Below are positions 47,540-57,508 of a stretch of 64,000 bases of DNA, in pieces (positions within the stretch are counted from its first letter, which is position 1; each line of letters begins with the position of its first letter). The stretch is from Lachnospiraceae bacterium (GTDB lineage: Bacteria; Bacillota; Clostridia; Lachnospirales; Lachnospiraceae): assembly GCA_017938145.1 (NCBI GenBank), contig JAGBCB010000010.1, positions 164,063-228,062 of the forward strand, in the 5' to 3' direction. The notes under the pieces were generated by a model. It ran no database searches and had not been told where the DNA came from. It saw only the letters and a list, made by a program, of their open reading frames with translations. The translations under genes were made by a program, and so were the position numbers.

Positions 47540-48988
47540 ATGAGTGAATGGTTAAAGAAAATAAAAGAAGTATCCTTAGAACAGATTCCTACTACAGAAC
47601 CGGAACGCCAGTATTATTTCATGGATTTACTGAAAGGATGGATGGAAGAGCAGGTGGCCGAAAAAGGCCGTAAACTGACCTATCATATCCAGACCTTCGG
47701 ATGTCAGATGAACTCCAAGGATTCCGAAAAATTAGCCGGTATTTTGGAAACCATCGGTTATGTGGAAACCGATACGGAAAAGGCGGATTTTGTTCTTTAT
47801 AACACCTGTACTGTTAGAGAAAACGCAAATACAAGGGTTTACGGACGTATCGGCTATCTCGGTACCATGAAGAAGAAAAATCCTGACATGAAGATTGCCA
47901 TGTGCGGGTGCATGATGCAGGAAGCACATGTGGTGGAAAAGATTAAGAAGAGCTACCGCTTTGTAGACATTGTGTTCGGTACCCATAATATTTTCAAATT
48001 AGCAGAACTTTTATACGAAGATATTTTGCGGGGCAAGATGGTGGTGGATGTCTGGGAAGGCACCGAACAGATTGTGGAAGATTTACCGAGTGAGCATAAA
48101 TACAAGTTTAAAGCAGGCGTTAACATTATGTACGGCTGCAATAATTTCTGCAGCTATTGTATCGTACCTTATGTAAGAGGCCGTGAGCGCAGCAGAAAAC
48201 CGGAGGATATCATTGCCGAAGTAAAGAAGCTGGCTTCTGAGGGTATTGTGGAGATTATGCTTCTTGGCCAGAATGTGAATTCCTATGGTAAAACCTTAGA
48301 AAATCCGATTTCTTTTGCAGAACTTCTTAAAATGGTAGAAGAGGTGGAAGGGATCAAACGTATCCGCTTTATGACCTCCCATCCAAAGGATTTGTCCGAT
48401 GAACTTATCGAAACAATGAAAAATTCCAAAAAGATTTGTACCCATTTGCATTTACCGATGCAGTCCGGCAGCACCAAGGTTTTAAAAGAAATGAACCGTA
48501 AGTATACCAAGGAAGAGTATTTGTTATTGGTTGATAAAATCAAAACCGCTATGCCGGAAGTTTCCTTAACCACTGACATTATTGTCGGCTTTCCGGGAGA
48601 AACCGAAGAAGATTTCTTAGAAACCATAGACGTTGTAAGAAAAGCCGGTTTTGATTCTGCTTATACCTTTATCTATTCTAAGAGAACCGGTACGGTAGCT
48701 GCAAAGATGGAAAACCAGGTGCCGGAAGAAGTAGTAAAAGACCGCTTTAACCGTCTTTTAGAGGAAATTAGGATTACTTCTGAGGCATGTGCCAACCGGT
48801 ACACCGGTAAAACCATGGAGGTTCTGGTGGAGGAAGAAAACGAGCAGGGGGAAGGTAGGTTAACCGGAAGACTCAGCAATAATCTGCTGGTACATTTTAA
48901 CGGAGGTAAAGAATTAATTGGTAAATTAGTCCCAGTTAATTTAAAAGAATGTAAGGGTTTCTACTATATAGGGGAACTTATATTGTAA
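47540..48988 (+). CDS. miaB: tRNA (N6-isopentenyl adenosine(37)-C2)-methylthiotransferase
   Basis: UPF0004 domain Cys residues (FGCQMN, NTCTVRE, CGCM), radical-SAM CNNFCSYC, and a TRAM domain. The start at 47540 follows CAGGAG; the ORF-track start overlaps proA and the terminator. Confidence 0.93.
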   Translation: MSEWLKKIKEVSLEQIPTTEPERQYYFMDLLKGWMEEQVAEKGRKLTYHIQTFGCQMNSKDSEKLAGILETIGYVETDTEKADFVLYNTCTVRENANTRVYGRIGYLGTMKKKNPDMKIAMCGCMMQEAHVVEKIKKSYRFVDIVFGTHNIFKLAELLYEDILRGKMVVDVWEGTEQIVEDLPSEHKYKFKAGVNIMYGCNNFCSYCIVPYVRGRERSRKPEDIIAEVKKLASEGIVEIMLLGQNVNSYGKTLENPISFAELLKMVEEVEGIKRIRFMTSHPKDLSDELIETMKNSKKICTHLHLPMQSGSTKVLKEMNRKYTKEEYLLLVDKIKTAMPEVSLTTDIIVGFPGETEEDFLETIDVVRKAGFDSAYTFIYSKRTGTVAAKMENQVPEEVVKDRFNRLLEEIRITSEACANRYTGKTMEVLVEEENEQGEGRLTGRLSNNLLVHFNGGKELIGKLVPVNLKECKGFYYIGELIL

Positions 48989-49017
48989 AGAAATACTAGA
49001 AAATGTGTAAACAACAC

Positions 49018-49046
49018 TTGACAGACTCCTAAAAAAAGTATAAAAT
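49018..49046 (+). promoter_or_regulatory. Sigma-A promoter of rny
   Basis: TTGACA, 17 nt spacer, TAAAAT, leaving a leader of about 110 nt. Confidence 0.55.
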
Positions 49047-49164
49047 TTATATGTTGTATTTTTAGAATTGGGATTACTATGTCCAGTTTAAGAAATATTT
49101 AGGTTGTAGTGGCTTATCCAAGCTATGGAATACAGCAAAAATTGAATAAGGAGGTGCTCCTGTC

Positions 49165-50718
49165 ATGGATCCGATTTTAGCGATTGTTATCGCTGTGGTC
49201 GCTGCTTTAGTGGTTGGTGTCATCGCCTGGTTTGCAGCCATCGCTTACCGTAAAAAAGTTTACGAAGCAAAGGTTGGTACTGCAGAGGTTAAGGCAAGAG
49301 AAATCATCGACGACGCATTAAAAACAGCAGAAACCAAAAAGCGTGAAGCATTGCTTGAAGCCAAGGAAGAGTCTATCAAGACTAAGAATGAGCTGGAGAG
49401 AGAATCTAAGGAACGCAGAGCTGAAATCCAGCGCTACGAAAAGAGAGTTCTTTCCAAGGAAGAAGCAATCGACAAAAAAGCGGAAACATTGGAAAAACGG
49501 GAAGCCAAGATGACTGCAAAGGAAGCTGAACTTGACCGCTTACGTGGTGAAGTAGAGAATGCTCGTCAGCACCAGCTGCAGGAACTTGAGAAAATCTCGG
49601 GTTTAACCTCCGAACAAGCAAAGGAATATCTTATTAAGTCTGTGGAAGATGAAGTAAAGCATGAAACTGCAGTTCTTATTAAAGAGCTGGAAAACGCAGC
49701 AAAGGAAGAAGCAGATAAAAAGGCAAAGGAATATGTTGTCGCTGCTATCCAGCGTTGTGCTGCAGATCATGTGGCTGAATCTACAATTTCCGTAGTACAG
49801 CTTCCTAACGACGAAATGAAGGGTAGAATTATCGGTAGAGAAGGACGTAACATTCGTACCTTAGAAACGCTTACCGGCGTTGAGTTAATCATCGACGATA
49901 CTCCGGAAGCAGTAGTTCTTTCCGGTTTCGACCCAATCCGTCGTGACGTTGCCCGTATTGCACTTGAAAAGTTAATTGTAGACGGTCGAATTCATCCTGC
50001 CAGAATTGAAGAAATGGTGGAAAAGGCTCAGAAAGAAGTTGAAACCATGATCCGTGAAGAAGGTGAATCCGCTGCCCTTGAGGTTGGCGTTCATGGAATT
50101 CATCCGGAACTCATTAAGCTTCTTGGTAGAATGAAGTACCGTACGAGCTATGGACAGAATGCACTTCGTCATTCTGTGGAAGTTGCCATCCTTTCCGGTT
50201 TATTAGCTGCTGAGATTGGGGTGGATGTAAGACTTGCAAAGCGTGCAGGTTTATTACATGACATCGGAAAATCGATAGACCGCGAAATGGAAGGAACCCA
50301 TGTTCAGATCGGTGTGGATTTATGCCGTAAGTATAAGGAATCTGCCATCGTTATCAATGCTGTAGAAGCACATCACGGTGACGTAGAATTCCAGTCTTTA
50401 ATTGCTTGTATTGTTCAGGCCGCAGACACTATTTCTGCTGCACGTCCAGGTGCAAGAAGAGAAACACTGGAAGCTTACACAAATCGACTGAAACAGTTAG
50501 AAGATATTACCAACAGCTTTAAAGGAGTGGACAAGTCCTTTGCTATCCAGGCCGGTCGTGAAGTACGTGTTATGGTTGTACCGGAACAGGTATCCGATGA
50601 CGATATGGTACTTATGGCAAGAGAATTGTCAAAGAAGATTGAAGCGGAGTTAGAATATCCGGGTCAGATTAAAATCAATGTTATCCGCGAGTCAAGAGCA
50701 ATTGACTACGCAAAGTAA
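49165..50718 (+). CDS. rny: Ribonuclease Y
   Basis: N-terminal TM helix, coiled coil, KH domain ([12 protein letters not shown]), and HD domain (RHSVEVA...LLHDIGK). Confidence 0.97.
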   Translation: MDPILAIVIAVVAALVVGVIAWFAAIAYRKKVYEAKVGTAEVKAREIIDDALKTAETKKREALLEAKEESIKTKNELERESKERRAEIQRYEKRVLSKEEAIDKKAETLEKREAKMTAKEAELDRLRGEVENARQHQLQELEKISGLTSEQAKEYLIKSVEDEVKHETAVLIKELENAAKEEADKKAKEYVVAAIQRCAADHVAESTISVVQLPNDEMKGRIIGREGRNIRTLETLTGVELIIDDTPEAVVLSGFDPIRRDVARIALEKLIVDGRIHPARIEEMVEKAQKEVETMIREEGESAALEVGVHGIHPELIKLLGRMKYRTSYGQNALRHSVEVAILSGLLAAEIGVDVRLAKRAGLLHDIGKSIDREMEGTHVQIGVDLCRKYKESAIVINAVEAHHGDVEFQSLIACIVQAADTISAARPGARRETLEAYTNRLKQLEDITNSFKGVDKSFAIQAGREVRVMVVPEQVSDDDMVLMARELSKKIEAELEYPGQIKINVIRESRAIDYAK

Positions 50719-50731
50719 GTACATGAAAAAT

Positions 50732-50772
50732 ACAGAAAAGTTTGTAGAAATACAGGCTTTTCTGTTTTTTTG
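50732..50772 (+). terminator. Rho-independent terminator after rny
   Basis: ACAGAAAAG / CTTTTCTGT stem with an inner TGTA/TACA extension, followed by TTTTTTTG. Confidence 0.8.
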
Positions 50773-50902
50773 TTTTCAAGTAGAGTTACTATTATATTGC
50801 TCTGTAAAAAGTAGGGCCTTTTTAGTTGTATTTCAAATCTAATTGTGGTAAGATGTATTAATGATATTGTTGCGTTAATGCGGTAAAGAAAGGAGAACCA
50901 TT

Positions 50903-51148
50903 ATGAATAGTAAAGTTGTACTAAGACTCATCAGTTTACTAATGTTTGTTGCTGCAGTTGTTTTTGTTATTATTGCAGTATCTTGCCCAACCTTAGGACG
51001 CGTCTTTTATATCGGTTCTTTCCGTGTTGATGGAGATGTATTACATATAGTTTATAATATTTATCTTATAATAATGGTTTTATTGTTTCTGTTATCCTTT
51101 ATTGGAAAGAAAGAAAAATTTAAGGGAGATAAGATATGCAAACCTTAA
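50903..51148 (+). CDS. Small two-TM membrane protein, unknown function
   Basis: 81 aa with two hydrophobic helices. AAAGGAG RBS. Overlaps the next gene by 13 nt. Confidence 0.55.
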   Translation: MNSKVVLRLISLLMFVAAVVFVIIAVSCPTLGRVFYIGSFRVDGDVLHIVYNIYLIIMVLLFLLSFIGKKEKFKGDKICKP

Positions 51149-51837
51149 ATATATTACCGCCATGGGATGCACTAATGAAGTACATGGTATGGCAGCAACT
51201 TGGTGAGATTAAGAATAAAAGAATTCTGGATTTTGGAAGCGGAACCGGCGTAACGGCAAATCATTATGCCAAAAATAATTCTGTTGTTGCTATAGAACCT
51301 TCGGAAGAAGCAGTGAATACACGATGGCAGGAGAATTCCTATGAACAGCTTACCGGTAGTACTGATAAGTTAAAGGAATTGCCATCAGAATGCTTTGACA
51401 TAATTATTTGCCATAATGTATTGGAATACGCCTTAGACAGAGAAGATATTTTATCTGAATTTGCACGTATTTTAAAACCGGACGGATTTATTTCTCTGGT
51501 GAAGCATAACCGCCCCGGACGCGTCATGCAGATGGTAGTGTTATTAAATAATTTTGAACATGCCAATGCATTGCTCGATGGCAAAGCTGGAGAATCCGGA
51601 CAGTATGGTGCTATCCATTATTACGAGGATTCTGATATAGAAACCTGGAATCCTGAGCTTAAAATCACGAAAACACTTGGTATGCGAACCTTTTGGGACT
51701 TACAGCAAAATCAGGAGTGTCATAAGGATGCCGGGTGGCAGGAGAAAATGCTTCAGATGGAGCATCGGGTGGAAAATATAGAAGAATATAAGCAAATTGC
51801 ATTTTTTCATCATTTAATAATAAAAAAGGAGAATTGA
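51136..51837 (+). CDS. Class I SAM-dependent methyltransferase
   Basis: ILDFGSGTGV (motif I), FDIIICHNVLEY, and LKPDGFISL. Confidence 0.8.
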   Translation: MQTLNILPPWDALMKYMVWQQLGEIKNKRILDFGSGTGVTANHYAKNNSVVAIEPSEEAVNTRWQENSYEQLTGSTDKLKELPSECFDIIICHNVLEYALDREDILSEFARILKPDGFISLVKHNRPGRVMQMVVLLNNFEHANALLDGKAGESGQYGAIHYYEDSDIETWNPELKITKTLGMRTFWDLQQNQECHKDAGWQEKMLQMEHRVENIEEYKQIAFFHHLIIKKEN

Positions 51838-51839
51838 TT

Positions 51840-52640
51840 ATGAAAAAAATAGGTTTTATCGGTGCAGGAAATATGGGATTACCATTACTAATGGGAGCAA
51901 CAAAGTTATTAGGCGCAGAACAGCTGACATTCTTTTGCGCGGACGAGTTTAGTAATAAGCGCGCACATGAAACTACAGGAGTAGAACAAGCGGAATCCCT
52001 GGAAAAATTAGTACAAACCAGTGAATGTGTGCTCCTGGCAGTAAAGCCTCAGTCCTTTGGAGAGGTACTTCCTGTAATTAAGGCAAATACCTTTGATGGA
52101 CAGGTTATTATTTCTCTTGCTCCGGGCGTAACCGTAGAGTATTTAAGCCAGGAAACCGGCGGTAAAACAAAGATTGTCCGCACCATGCCAAATACACCTG
52201 CCATGGTTGGCGAAGGTATGACCGCGGTTTGCTATGGTAGCAATGATTTTACAGCTGTAGAAAAGAAATTAGTACAGGATTTGTTTGAAACTGTCGGTAA
52301 AATGGTTGAACTTCCGGAGCGTTTAATGGACGCTGCAGTAGTGGCTAACGGAAGTTCTCCGGCGTTTGTATATATTTTCATGGAAGCATTGGCAGACGGT
52401 GCTGTAAAATTTGGAATTCCACGGGCTACGGCCTATGAAATGGTTGCCCAAACCGTAATCGGCTCTGCTAAAATGCTTTTGGAAACAGGGGAACATCCTG
52501 GTAAGTTAAAGGATAATGTATGTTCCCCGGGCGGAACTACCATTGCGGCTGTGGCAGCACTGGAAGAGGCAGGTTTTAGAAATGCAGTTATTAAGGCCTG
52601 TGATGCTTGTTATGAAAAGGCTACCGGGTTGAAGAAATAG
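51840..52640 (+). CDS. proC: Pyrroline-5-carboxylate reductase
   Basis: IGFIGAGNMG, RTMPNTPA, and SPGGTTIAAV. AAGGAG lies 8 nt upstream of the ATG at 51840. Confidence 0.93.
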   Translation: MKKIGFIGAGNMGLPLLMGATKLLGAEQLTFFCADEFSNKRAHETTGVEQAESLEKLVQTSECVLLAVKPQSFGEVLPVIKANTFDGQVIISLAPGVTVEYLSQETGGKTKIVRTMPNTPAMVGEGMTAVCYGSNDFTAVEKKLVQDLFETVGKMVELPERLMDAAVVANGSSPAFVYIFMEALADGAVKFGIPRATAYEMVAQTVIGSAKMLLETGEHPGKLKDNVCSPGGTTIAAVAALEEAGFRNAVIKACDACYEKATGLKK

Positions 52641-52663
52641 TAACAAAGAAAAGAGGAAAAACA

Positions 52664-53221
52664 ATGTTATTTCATGTGTCATCAACCCCTGATATCAAAG
52701 TTTTAGAACCAAGAGTGTCTACTCATGGAAAAGCTTATGTATATGCAATTGAAAATCTGGTAACAGGATTGCTGTTTGGCGCAAAAAAGGATGACTTTGA
52801 CTTTATTATTTCCACGGATGAGTCCGGGATTCCAAGTTGCTATGAGTGTTATCCGGGTGCTTTGGAGGCAATTTATCAAAATAAAAGTTGTACGGTTTAT
52901 GAATTGTCGGAAGAAGGTTTTCAACGTGGAAAAACAAGCTGGTCTGTAGAACTGGTTTGTGAAACAGCAGTACCGGTGCAAAAGGCAACTTTTATTCCGG
53001 ATTTGTACATACGATTACTGGAAGAGGAAAAGCAGGGAAATCTGCGTATCCATCGATTTGAAAACAATACAGAGTATAAGCAATTTATTTCCAGGCATAT
53101 TGTAGATCGTCTGATTCGGTTTAATGCCTTGCAGTATGCAAAAACAGATAAACGTTTCCAAACACATTTTAAAGGTCTTGTGGATGGACTGCAGAGTCTG
53201 ATGGATGGTCATTTACTATAG
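52664..53221 (+). CDS. Hypothetical cytoplasmic protein
   Basis: 185-aa ORF with an AGAGGAAAAA RBS. I recognise no motif. Confidence 0.5.
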   Translation: MLFHVSSTPDIKVLEPRVSTHGKAYVYAIENLVTGLLFGAKKDDFDFIISTDESGIPSCYECYPGALEAIYQNKSCTVYELSEEGFQRGKTSWSVELVCETAVPVQKATFIPDLYIRLLEEEKQGNLRIHRFENNTEYKQFISRHIVDRLIRFNALQYAKTDKRFQTHFKGLVDGLQSLMDGHLL

Positions 53222-53251
53222 GTGTTACTTTTATAACGGGAGAAGAGAATA

Positions 53252-53695
53252 ATGAAAAAAATAATTGTAGTCTTATTGTTTGCACTTTGTCTGATTGGCT
53301 GTAGCAACACCTACGCAAAAGAAGAATATGATTCTATTGAAAAGTTGGCAAGTCAGGGCGACCGTTATTCTAAGGAAGGTTCCGTATTTAATCCGGTTGA
53401 GGGCGGCTATTCCTTTACAGTATCTAAGTTTGACGGGCGTCAGACCTTACATACCTGGAATTTATCAGAAGATAAAGAATTATCCATGGAAATTATTTGT
53501 TCTCTTACTGATGGCACTGGTAAACTTGTGCATGTGGATGCGGATGGAAACGTAACTACACTTGTAGAATTCAATGAAGAAACCTCTGCAGCAGTTATAA
53601 AAACCATCTCATTAAAGCAGGGGCGTAATGACATCAAGTTCGTAGGATATGACTGTGAAAAATTAGATTTAAAAATGTATTTTGAAGAACCATAA
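53252..53695 (+). CDS. Lipoprotein, unknown function
   Basis: Signal peptide with lipobox LIGCS. GGGAGAAGAG RBS. Confidence 0.65.
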   Translation: MKKIIVVLLFALCLIGCSNTYAKEEYDSIEKLASQGDRYSKEGSVFNPVEGGYSFTVSKFDGRQTLHTWNLSEDKELSMEIICSLTDGTGKLVHVDADGNVTTLVEFNEETSAAVIKTISLKQGRNDIKFVGYDCEKLDLKMYFEEP

Positions 53696-53706
53696 GGAGA
53701 TTAACT

Positions 53707-54765
53707 TTGAACAAAACTATGAAGATTACTTTGATTATTATAGGAATTTTACTGGCATTGCTTATTTTAGCAGCATTGATTCTTCCTAAACCCCTGGCTA
53801 TGTCTGTTTATAACGACAATTTTGGCAAACGCTTTACCACCGGAGAAGTTTATGCCTTTCGGGTTGAGGATTTTGACGGTCTTTCTCGTGAAAAATATAC
53901 TTTTACATCCGATAAAGGTCAAAAACTGACCGGCTACAAGTATTATCGGAGCAGTGAATTACCAAAGGGTATGGTTGTGATTGCCCACGGTCTTGGAGGC
54001 GGTCAATGTAGTTACATGAATATTGCGGATTACTTTGCAAGTAATGGTTACTGGGTGTTTGCTTATGATGCTACCGGTAACAATGAAAGCGAAGGCGATG
54101 CAGTAGGAGGTCTTCCGCAGGGAATTATCGACTTGGACTATGCGCTTCGCTTTGTAAAATCGGAATTTGAAGGTATTCCTATCGTTCTTTGGGGACACAG
54201 CTGGGGTGGCTATTCCGTTGGTTCGGTAACCAAGCTTCATCCGGATGTTAAAGCAGCCGTAATTGTTTCCGGCTTTAACGAGTCGTTGGATATGTTAGAG
54301 TGCGAAGGCAGAAAAATTGTCGGAAACATTATTGATTTTGTATTGCCGATTTTTGTAAAGCATGAAAAGAAAACCTTTGGGGAATATGCCTCTATGAGTA
54401 TTCTTGACAGCCTGAAGTCTTGTGAAGTACCGGTTCTGTTTGTGCATAGTGAAGATGACGAAATGATTCCGATTGAAATCAGCTTTGACCGGTATTTCGA
54501 GAAGTTTTCCGGCAACGAGCGTTATTCTTTTGTGCGGTATAAAGACCGTGGACATAATTTTATCTTTTGCTCCGAAAACAGAAAAGCATATGTGGAAGAA
54601 TATAACAAAGGTGCAAATGCTTACACAGAAAGCATGGGTGGGCATCTTACCGAAGAACAGGCAACAGCCTATATAAGAGAAAATTTTGATAAGAAAAAAG
54701 GCTTTGAGCTGGACGCAGAGCTGATGTCGCAAATGCTGGAATTATATAATAACAGCATAGAATAA
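53707..54765 (+). CDS. Membrane-anchored alpha/beta hydrolase
   Basis: N-terminal TM helix, nucleophile elbow GHSWGG, HG oxyanion motif (VIAHGLGG), and C-terminal D...H (HSEDDEMIP, RGHNF). TTG start 7 nt after AAGGAG. Confidence 0.8.
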   Translation: MNKTMKITLIIIGILLALLILAALILPKPLAMSVYNDNFGKRFTTGEVYAFRVEDFDGLSREKYTFTSDKGQKLTGYKYYRSSELPKGMVVIAHGLGGGQCSYMNIADYFASNGYWVFAYDATGNNESEGDAVGGLPQGIIDLDYALRFVKSEFEGIPIVLWGHSWGGYSVGSVTKLHPDVKAAVIVSGFNESLDMLECEGRKIVGNIIDFVLPIFVKHEKKTFGEYASMSILDSLKSCEVPVLFVHSEDDEMIPIEISFDRYFEKFSGNERYSFVRYKDRGHNFIFCSENRKAYVEEYNKGANAYTESMGGHLTEEQATAYIRENFDKKKGFELDAELMSQMLELYNNSIE

Positions 54766-54786
54766 TTGCAGAAAGAGAGAACAATC

Positions 54787-55326
54787 ATGGACCAAATTAA
54801 ACGAATCGGCAGAGAATTAAAATATAAAGGAAAAATCCTTGATTTTTACGAGGATACCATGCAGACCCCGGAGGGTCACATCATGAAGTGGGACTACCTG
54901 CATCATAACGGCGCGGCTGCGGTAGTTCCCGTAGATAAGGACGGTAAAATTTACATGGTGAGCCAGTACCGTTCCGGCTGCGATAAAATGTCACTGGAGA
55001 TTCCGGCAGGCTGCTTAAATTCGGGAGAAGACCGTAAAACCGCTGCTGCCAGAGAGTGCGAAGAGGAAATCGGATTTAAATGCAACAATATTGAGCTTCT
55101 TCTCAAGTTTTATTCCGCTTTTGCTTATTGTGACGAATATATTGAAATTTACTGTGCAACAGACCTGGTTCCAACCAAGCAGAACTTAGATGAAGATGAG
55201 TTTTTAGAGGTTCAGAAGTACGAACTGGAAGACTTAATTGATATGATTTTGTCCGGTGAAATTTCCGATTCCAAGACGATTGCAGCAATTTTGGCATATA
55301 AAGAAAAATATATCAACAGAAAATAG
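54787..55326 (+). CDS. NUDIX hydrolase (ADP-ribose pyrophosphatase-like)
   Basis: Nudix box GCLNSGEDRKTAAARECEEEIGF. Confidence 0.88.
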   Translation: MDQIKRIGRELKYKGKILDFYEDTMQTPEGHIMKWDYLHHNGAAAVVPVDKDGKIYMVSQYRSGCDKMSLEIPAGCLNSGEDRKTAAARECEEEIGFKCNNIELLLKFYSAFAYCDEYIEIYCATDLVPTKQNLDEDEFLEVQKYELEDLIDMILSGEISDSKTIAAILAYKEKYINRK

Positions 55327-55346
55327 ATTTTGATGGGAGAATTAGT

Positions 55347-55823
55347 ATGTGTAAGATTCAAATACAGGATAAGAGTGTAATAATTAAATGGATTGTGATA
55401 CTACTGGTTAGCTTGTTTTTTCTGTCTTTCGGCTTGCTTTATGTTATCAAAACAGTAAAATCATCCGAATGGTACCATTTAAGACAGCTGGAAAAGGCGT
55501 ATAATCAGGAATATGCCCACATTAATGAGGCAGACAAGATTATTTATATTGGTATATCCTCCAACGGTGAGGATGGTCCATGGGAATATGATTATGATGC
55601 GCCGGACTATCTGTTTGATGATATGACCTGTGATAGTTTTAAAGAAATTGATGACCCTGCAAAGGTAGAGGAAATCCTTTCTTATGACTGGATTATGGCA
55701 GTGTTTAAGGATGCATCCAAGTCGATCTACCATATTTCTCCGGAGGGTGAAATTTATTGGGGTACATCTTTTACAGTAGAGTGTCCTTCTTTGCTTCGCT
55801 GGTATAAGGAGAAAAAACAGTAA
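55347..55823 (+). CDS. Membrane-anchored hypothetical protein
   Basis: 158 aa with one TM helix (WIVILLVSLFFLSFGLLYVI). GGGAGAA RBS. Confidence 0.5.
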   Translation: MCKIQIQDKSVIIKWIVILLVSLFFLSFGLLYVIKTVKSSEWYHLRQLEKAYNQEYAHINEADKIIYIGISSNGEDGPWEYDYDAPDYLFDDMTCDSFKEIDDPAKVEEILSYDWIMAVFKDASKSIYHISPEGEIYWGTSFTVECPSLLRWYKEKKQ

Positions 55824-55837
55824 ATAATGTTTGCCTT

Positions 55838-55877
55838 GAAATCTGTCACATAATTAAATTTGTGACAGATTTTTTTA
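55838..55877 (+). terminator. Rho-independent terminator
   Basis: GAAATCTGTCACA-10 nt loop-TGTGACAGATTT(T), followed by a T-run. Confidence 0.85.
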
Positions 55878-55955
55878 TAAAAACATGTGACCAGTGATAA
55901 TTTTTTATCGTCTATTAGGGTGAAAGGCCTTAATAAAACAAAGGAGAATTGTTCC

Positions 55956-56516
55956 ATGGAAGACAAAAATATAATTCAATTATATTTCGAACGTTCGGAA
56001 ACGGCCATAGCGGAAACTGCAGCAAAGTATGGTAAGTTATGTCATACCATTGCGTACAACATTCTTTATAACGAAGAAGATTCTGAAGAATGTGTGAATG
56101 ATACGTATATGAAAGCCTGGGAAGTGATTCCACCGCAGATTCCGGAAAAACTGGCCGCTTTTTTAGGAAAAATCACCCGTAATTTTGCAATATCGAAGTA
56201 TCGTCATAACAGCAGCCTAAAACGTGGCGGCGGTCAGGTGGCCTGTGCCCTGGAGGAGCTGGAGGAATGTATACCGGATAAAAATACTACGGAGCAGGCG
56301 ATTTCTGATAAGCTGTTTGTAGAGCAGTTAAACAGCTTTTTAGAGAAACTGCCTGCAGAAAAGCGTAAGGTTTTTATTCAACGGTATTGGTATCTTCGTC
56401 CGATTAGCGAGATTGCAGAGGAATTTTCCATGTCGGATAGCAAAGTGAAAATGATTTTACATCGTACCCGTAATACTTTAAAAGAGGTTCTGGAGAAAGA
56501 AGGGATTGTTCTATGA
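55956..56516 (+). CDS. ECF-type sigma-70 family RNA polymerase sigma factor
   Basis: 186 aa. Region 2 (DSEECVNDTYMKAW) and region 4 (ISEIAEEFSMSDSKVKMILHRTRNTLK). AAAGGAGAA RBS upstream of the ATG at 55956. Confidence 0.88.
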   Translation: MEDKNIIQLYFERSETAIAETAAKYGKLCHTIAYNILYNEEDSEECVNDTYMKAWEVIPPQIPEKLAAFLGKITRNFAISKYRHNSSLKRGGGQVACALEELEECIPDKNTTEQAISDKLFVEQLNSFLEKLPAEKRKVFIQRYWYLRPISEIAEEFSMSDSKVKMILHRTRNTLKEVLEKEGIVL

Positions 56517-57352
56517 GTAAAGAAAAATTGTTGGAAACCCTTGGTCAGGTAAGGGAAGAGTTTATTGAAGAAGCTGCACCAAAAGGGTTGTTGGATAATG
56601 CTGATAAAGCAACAGAACCGGTAAAAAAATCCGGTAGAATTACAAAAATTTATCCCTATTTGAAATGGGGTTCCTTGGCGGCTTGCCTTTGCATTATTGT
56701 AGGTCTCAGTATGAAAGTAATGCCTTTTTCGGCAGCTAAAAATGATGCGGCATATGAATCCACAGACCAAATGAAGCCGGTGACACAGGGAGAAAGCTTT
56801 AATACAAAAGCAGAATCACCAAAATATGATATGGATTCCTCATCCGATAAAAATTATAGTAATATGACTAACGATTATATTGCTGATAATGCAGGCGATT
56901 CCAATTACGAAATGAACACGGATAATTTGAAAGCATCAGAAGAAACTACGACCGCACCCGGTCAGGCAGATAAAGGATTTCCTGATTGGGGACTGAGTTT
57001 TGAAGTAAAAAATGTGTCAGCAACCGGGCTGACCCTTGTTGTTACCCAGTCCGGTGGTAATCCAACCGGCGATATTTTAACAGGTGAGCCTTACCGGTTA
57101 ATTACATTGGTGGATGGAACCTGGAAGGCAGTGGAAGAGTTGCCGTTGCCGGAAGGTGTAGACGGAAGAGCATGGAACAGTATCGGCTATCCGATTTCCA
57201 AGGGTGAAACCAGAGAGTTTGACATCAACTGGGAGTGGATGTTTGGTGAACTGCCAAACGGAACCTATCGAATAATTAAGGAGTTTATGGATTTTAGAAA
57301 AACCGGTGATTATGATACCGGTGAGTATTGGGTAGAGTTTAATGTACAGTAA
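56513..57352 (+). CDS. Putative anti-sigma factor: single-pass membrane protein with an extracellular beta-sandwich domain
   Basis: Overlaps the sigma gene stop by 4 nt. The N-terminal MSKEKLLETLGQVREEFIEEA is typical of clostridial sigma-partner proteins. TM helix WGSLAACLCIIVGL and a C-terminal Ig-like domain. Confidence 0.6.
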   Translation: MSKEKLLETLGQVREEFIEEAAPKGLLDNADKATEPVKKSGRITKIYPYLKWGSLAACLCIIVGLSMKVMPFSAAKNDAAYESTDQMKPVTQGESFNTKAESPKYDMDSSSDKNYSNMTNDYIADNAGDSNYEMNTDNLKASEETTTAPGQADKGFPDWGLSFEVKNVSATGLTLVVTQSGGNPTGDILTGEPYRLITLVDGTWKAVEELPLPEGVDGRAWNSIGYPISKGETREFDINWEWMFGELPNGTYRIIKEFMDFRKTGDYDTGEYWVEFNVQ

Positions 57353-57405
57353 TTTCATACCTTTTGCCGAACGGGTTTATGGAAGAAAAATAATATCATA
57401 AAGCA

Positions 57406-57483
57406 AGAGCCCCAATTTGATATATATCGGAGTAGTACAGTGGTTTACCACGTACACGGAGATATATATCAAATTGAGGCTCT
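57406..57483. repeat. 23-bp inverted repeat (one mismatch) with a 32-nt spacer, between convergent genes; probable bidirectional terminator
   Basis: AGAGCCCCAATTTGATATATATC ... GATATATATCAAATTGAGGCTCT. The spacer contains the mini-hairpin GTGG-TTTA-CCAC. Confidence 0.6.
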
Positions 57484-57508
57484 CATATTATGAAATATTA
57501 AACTTCAA

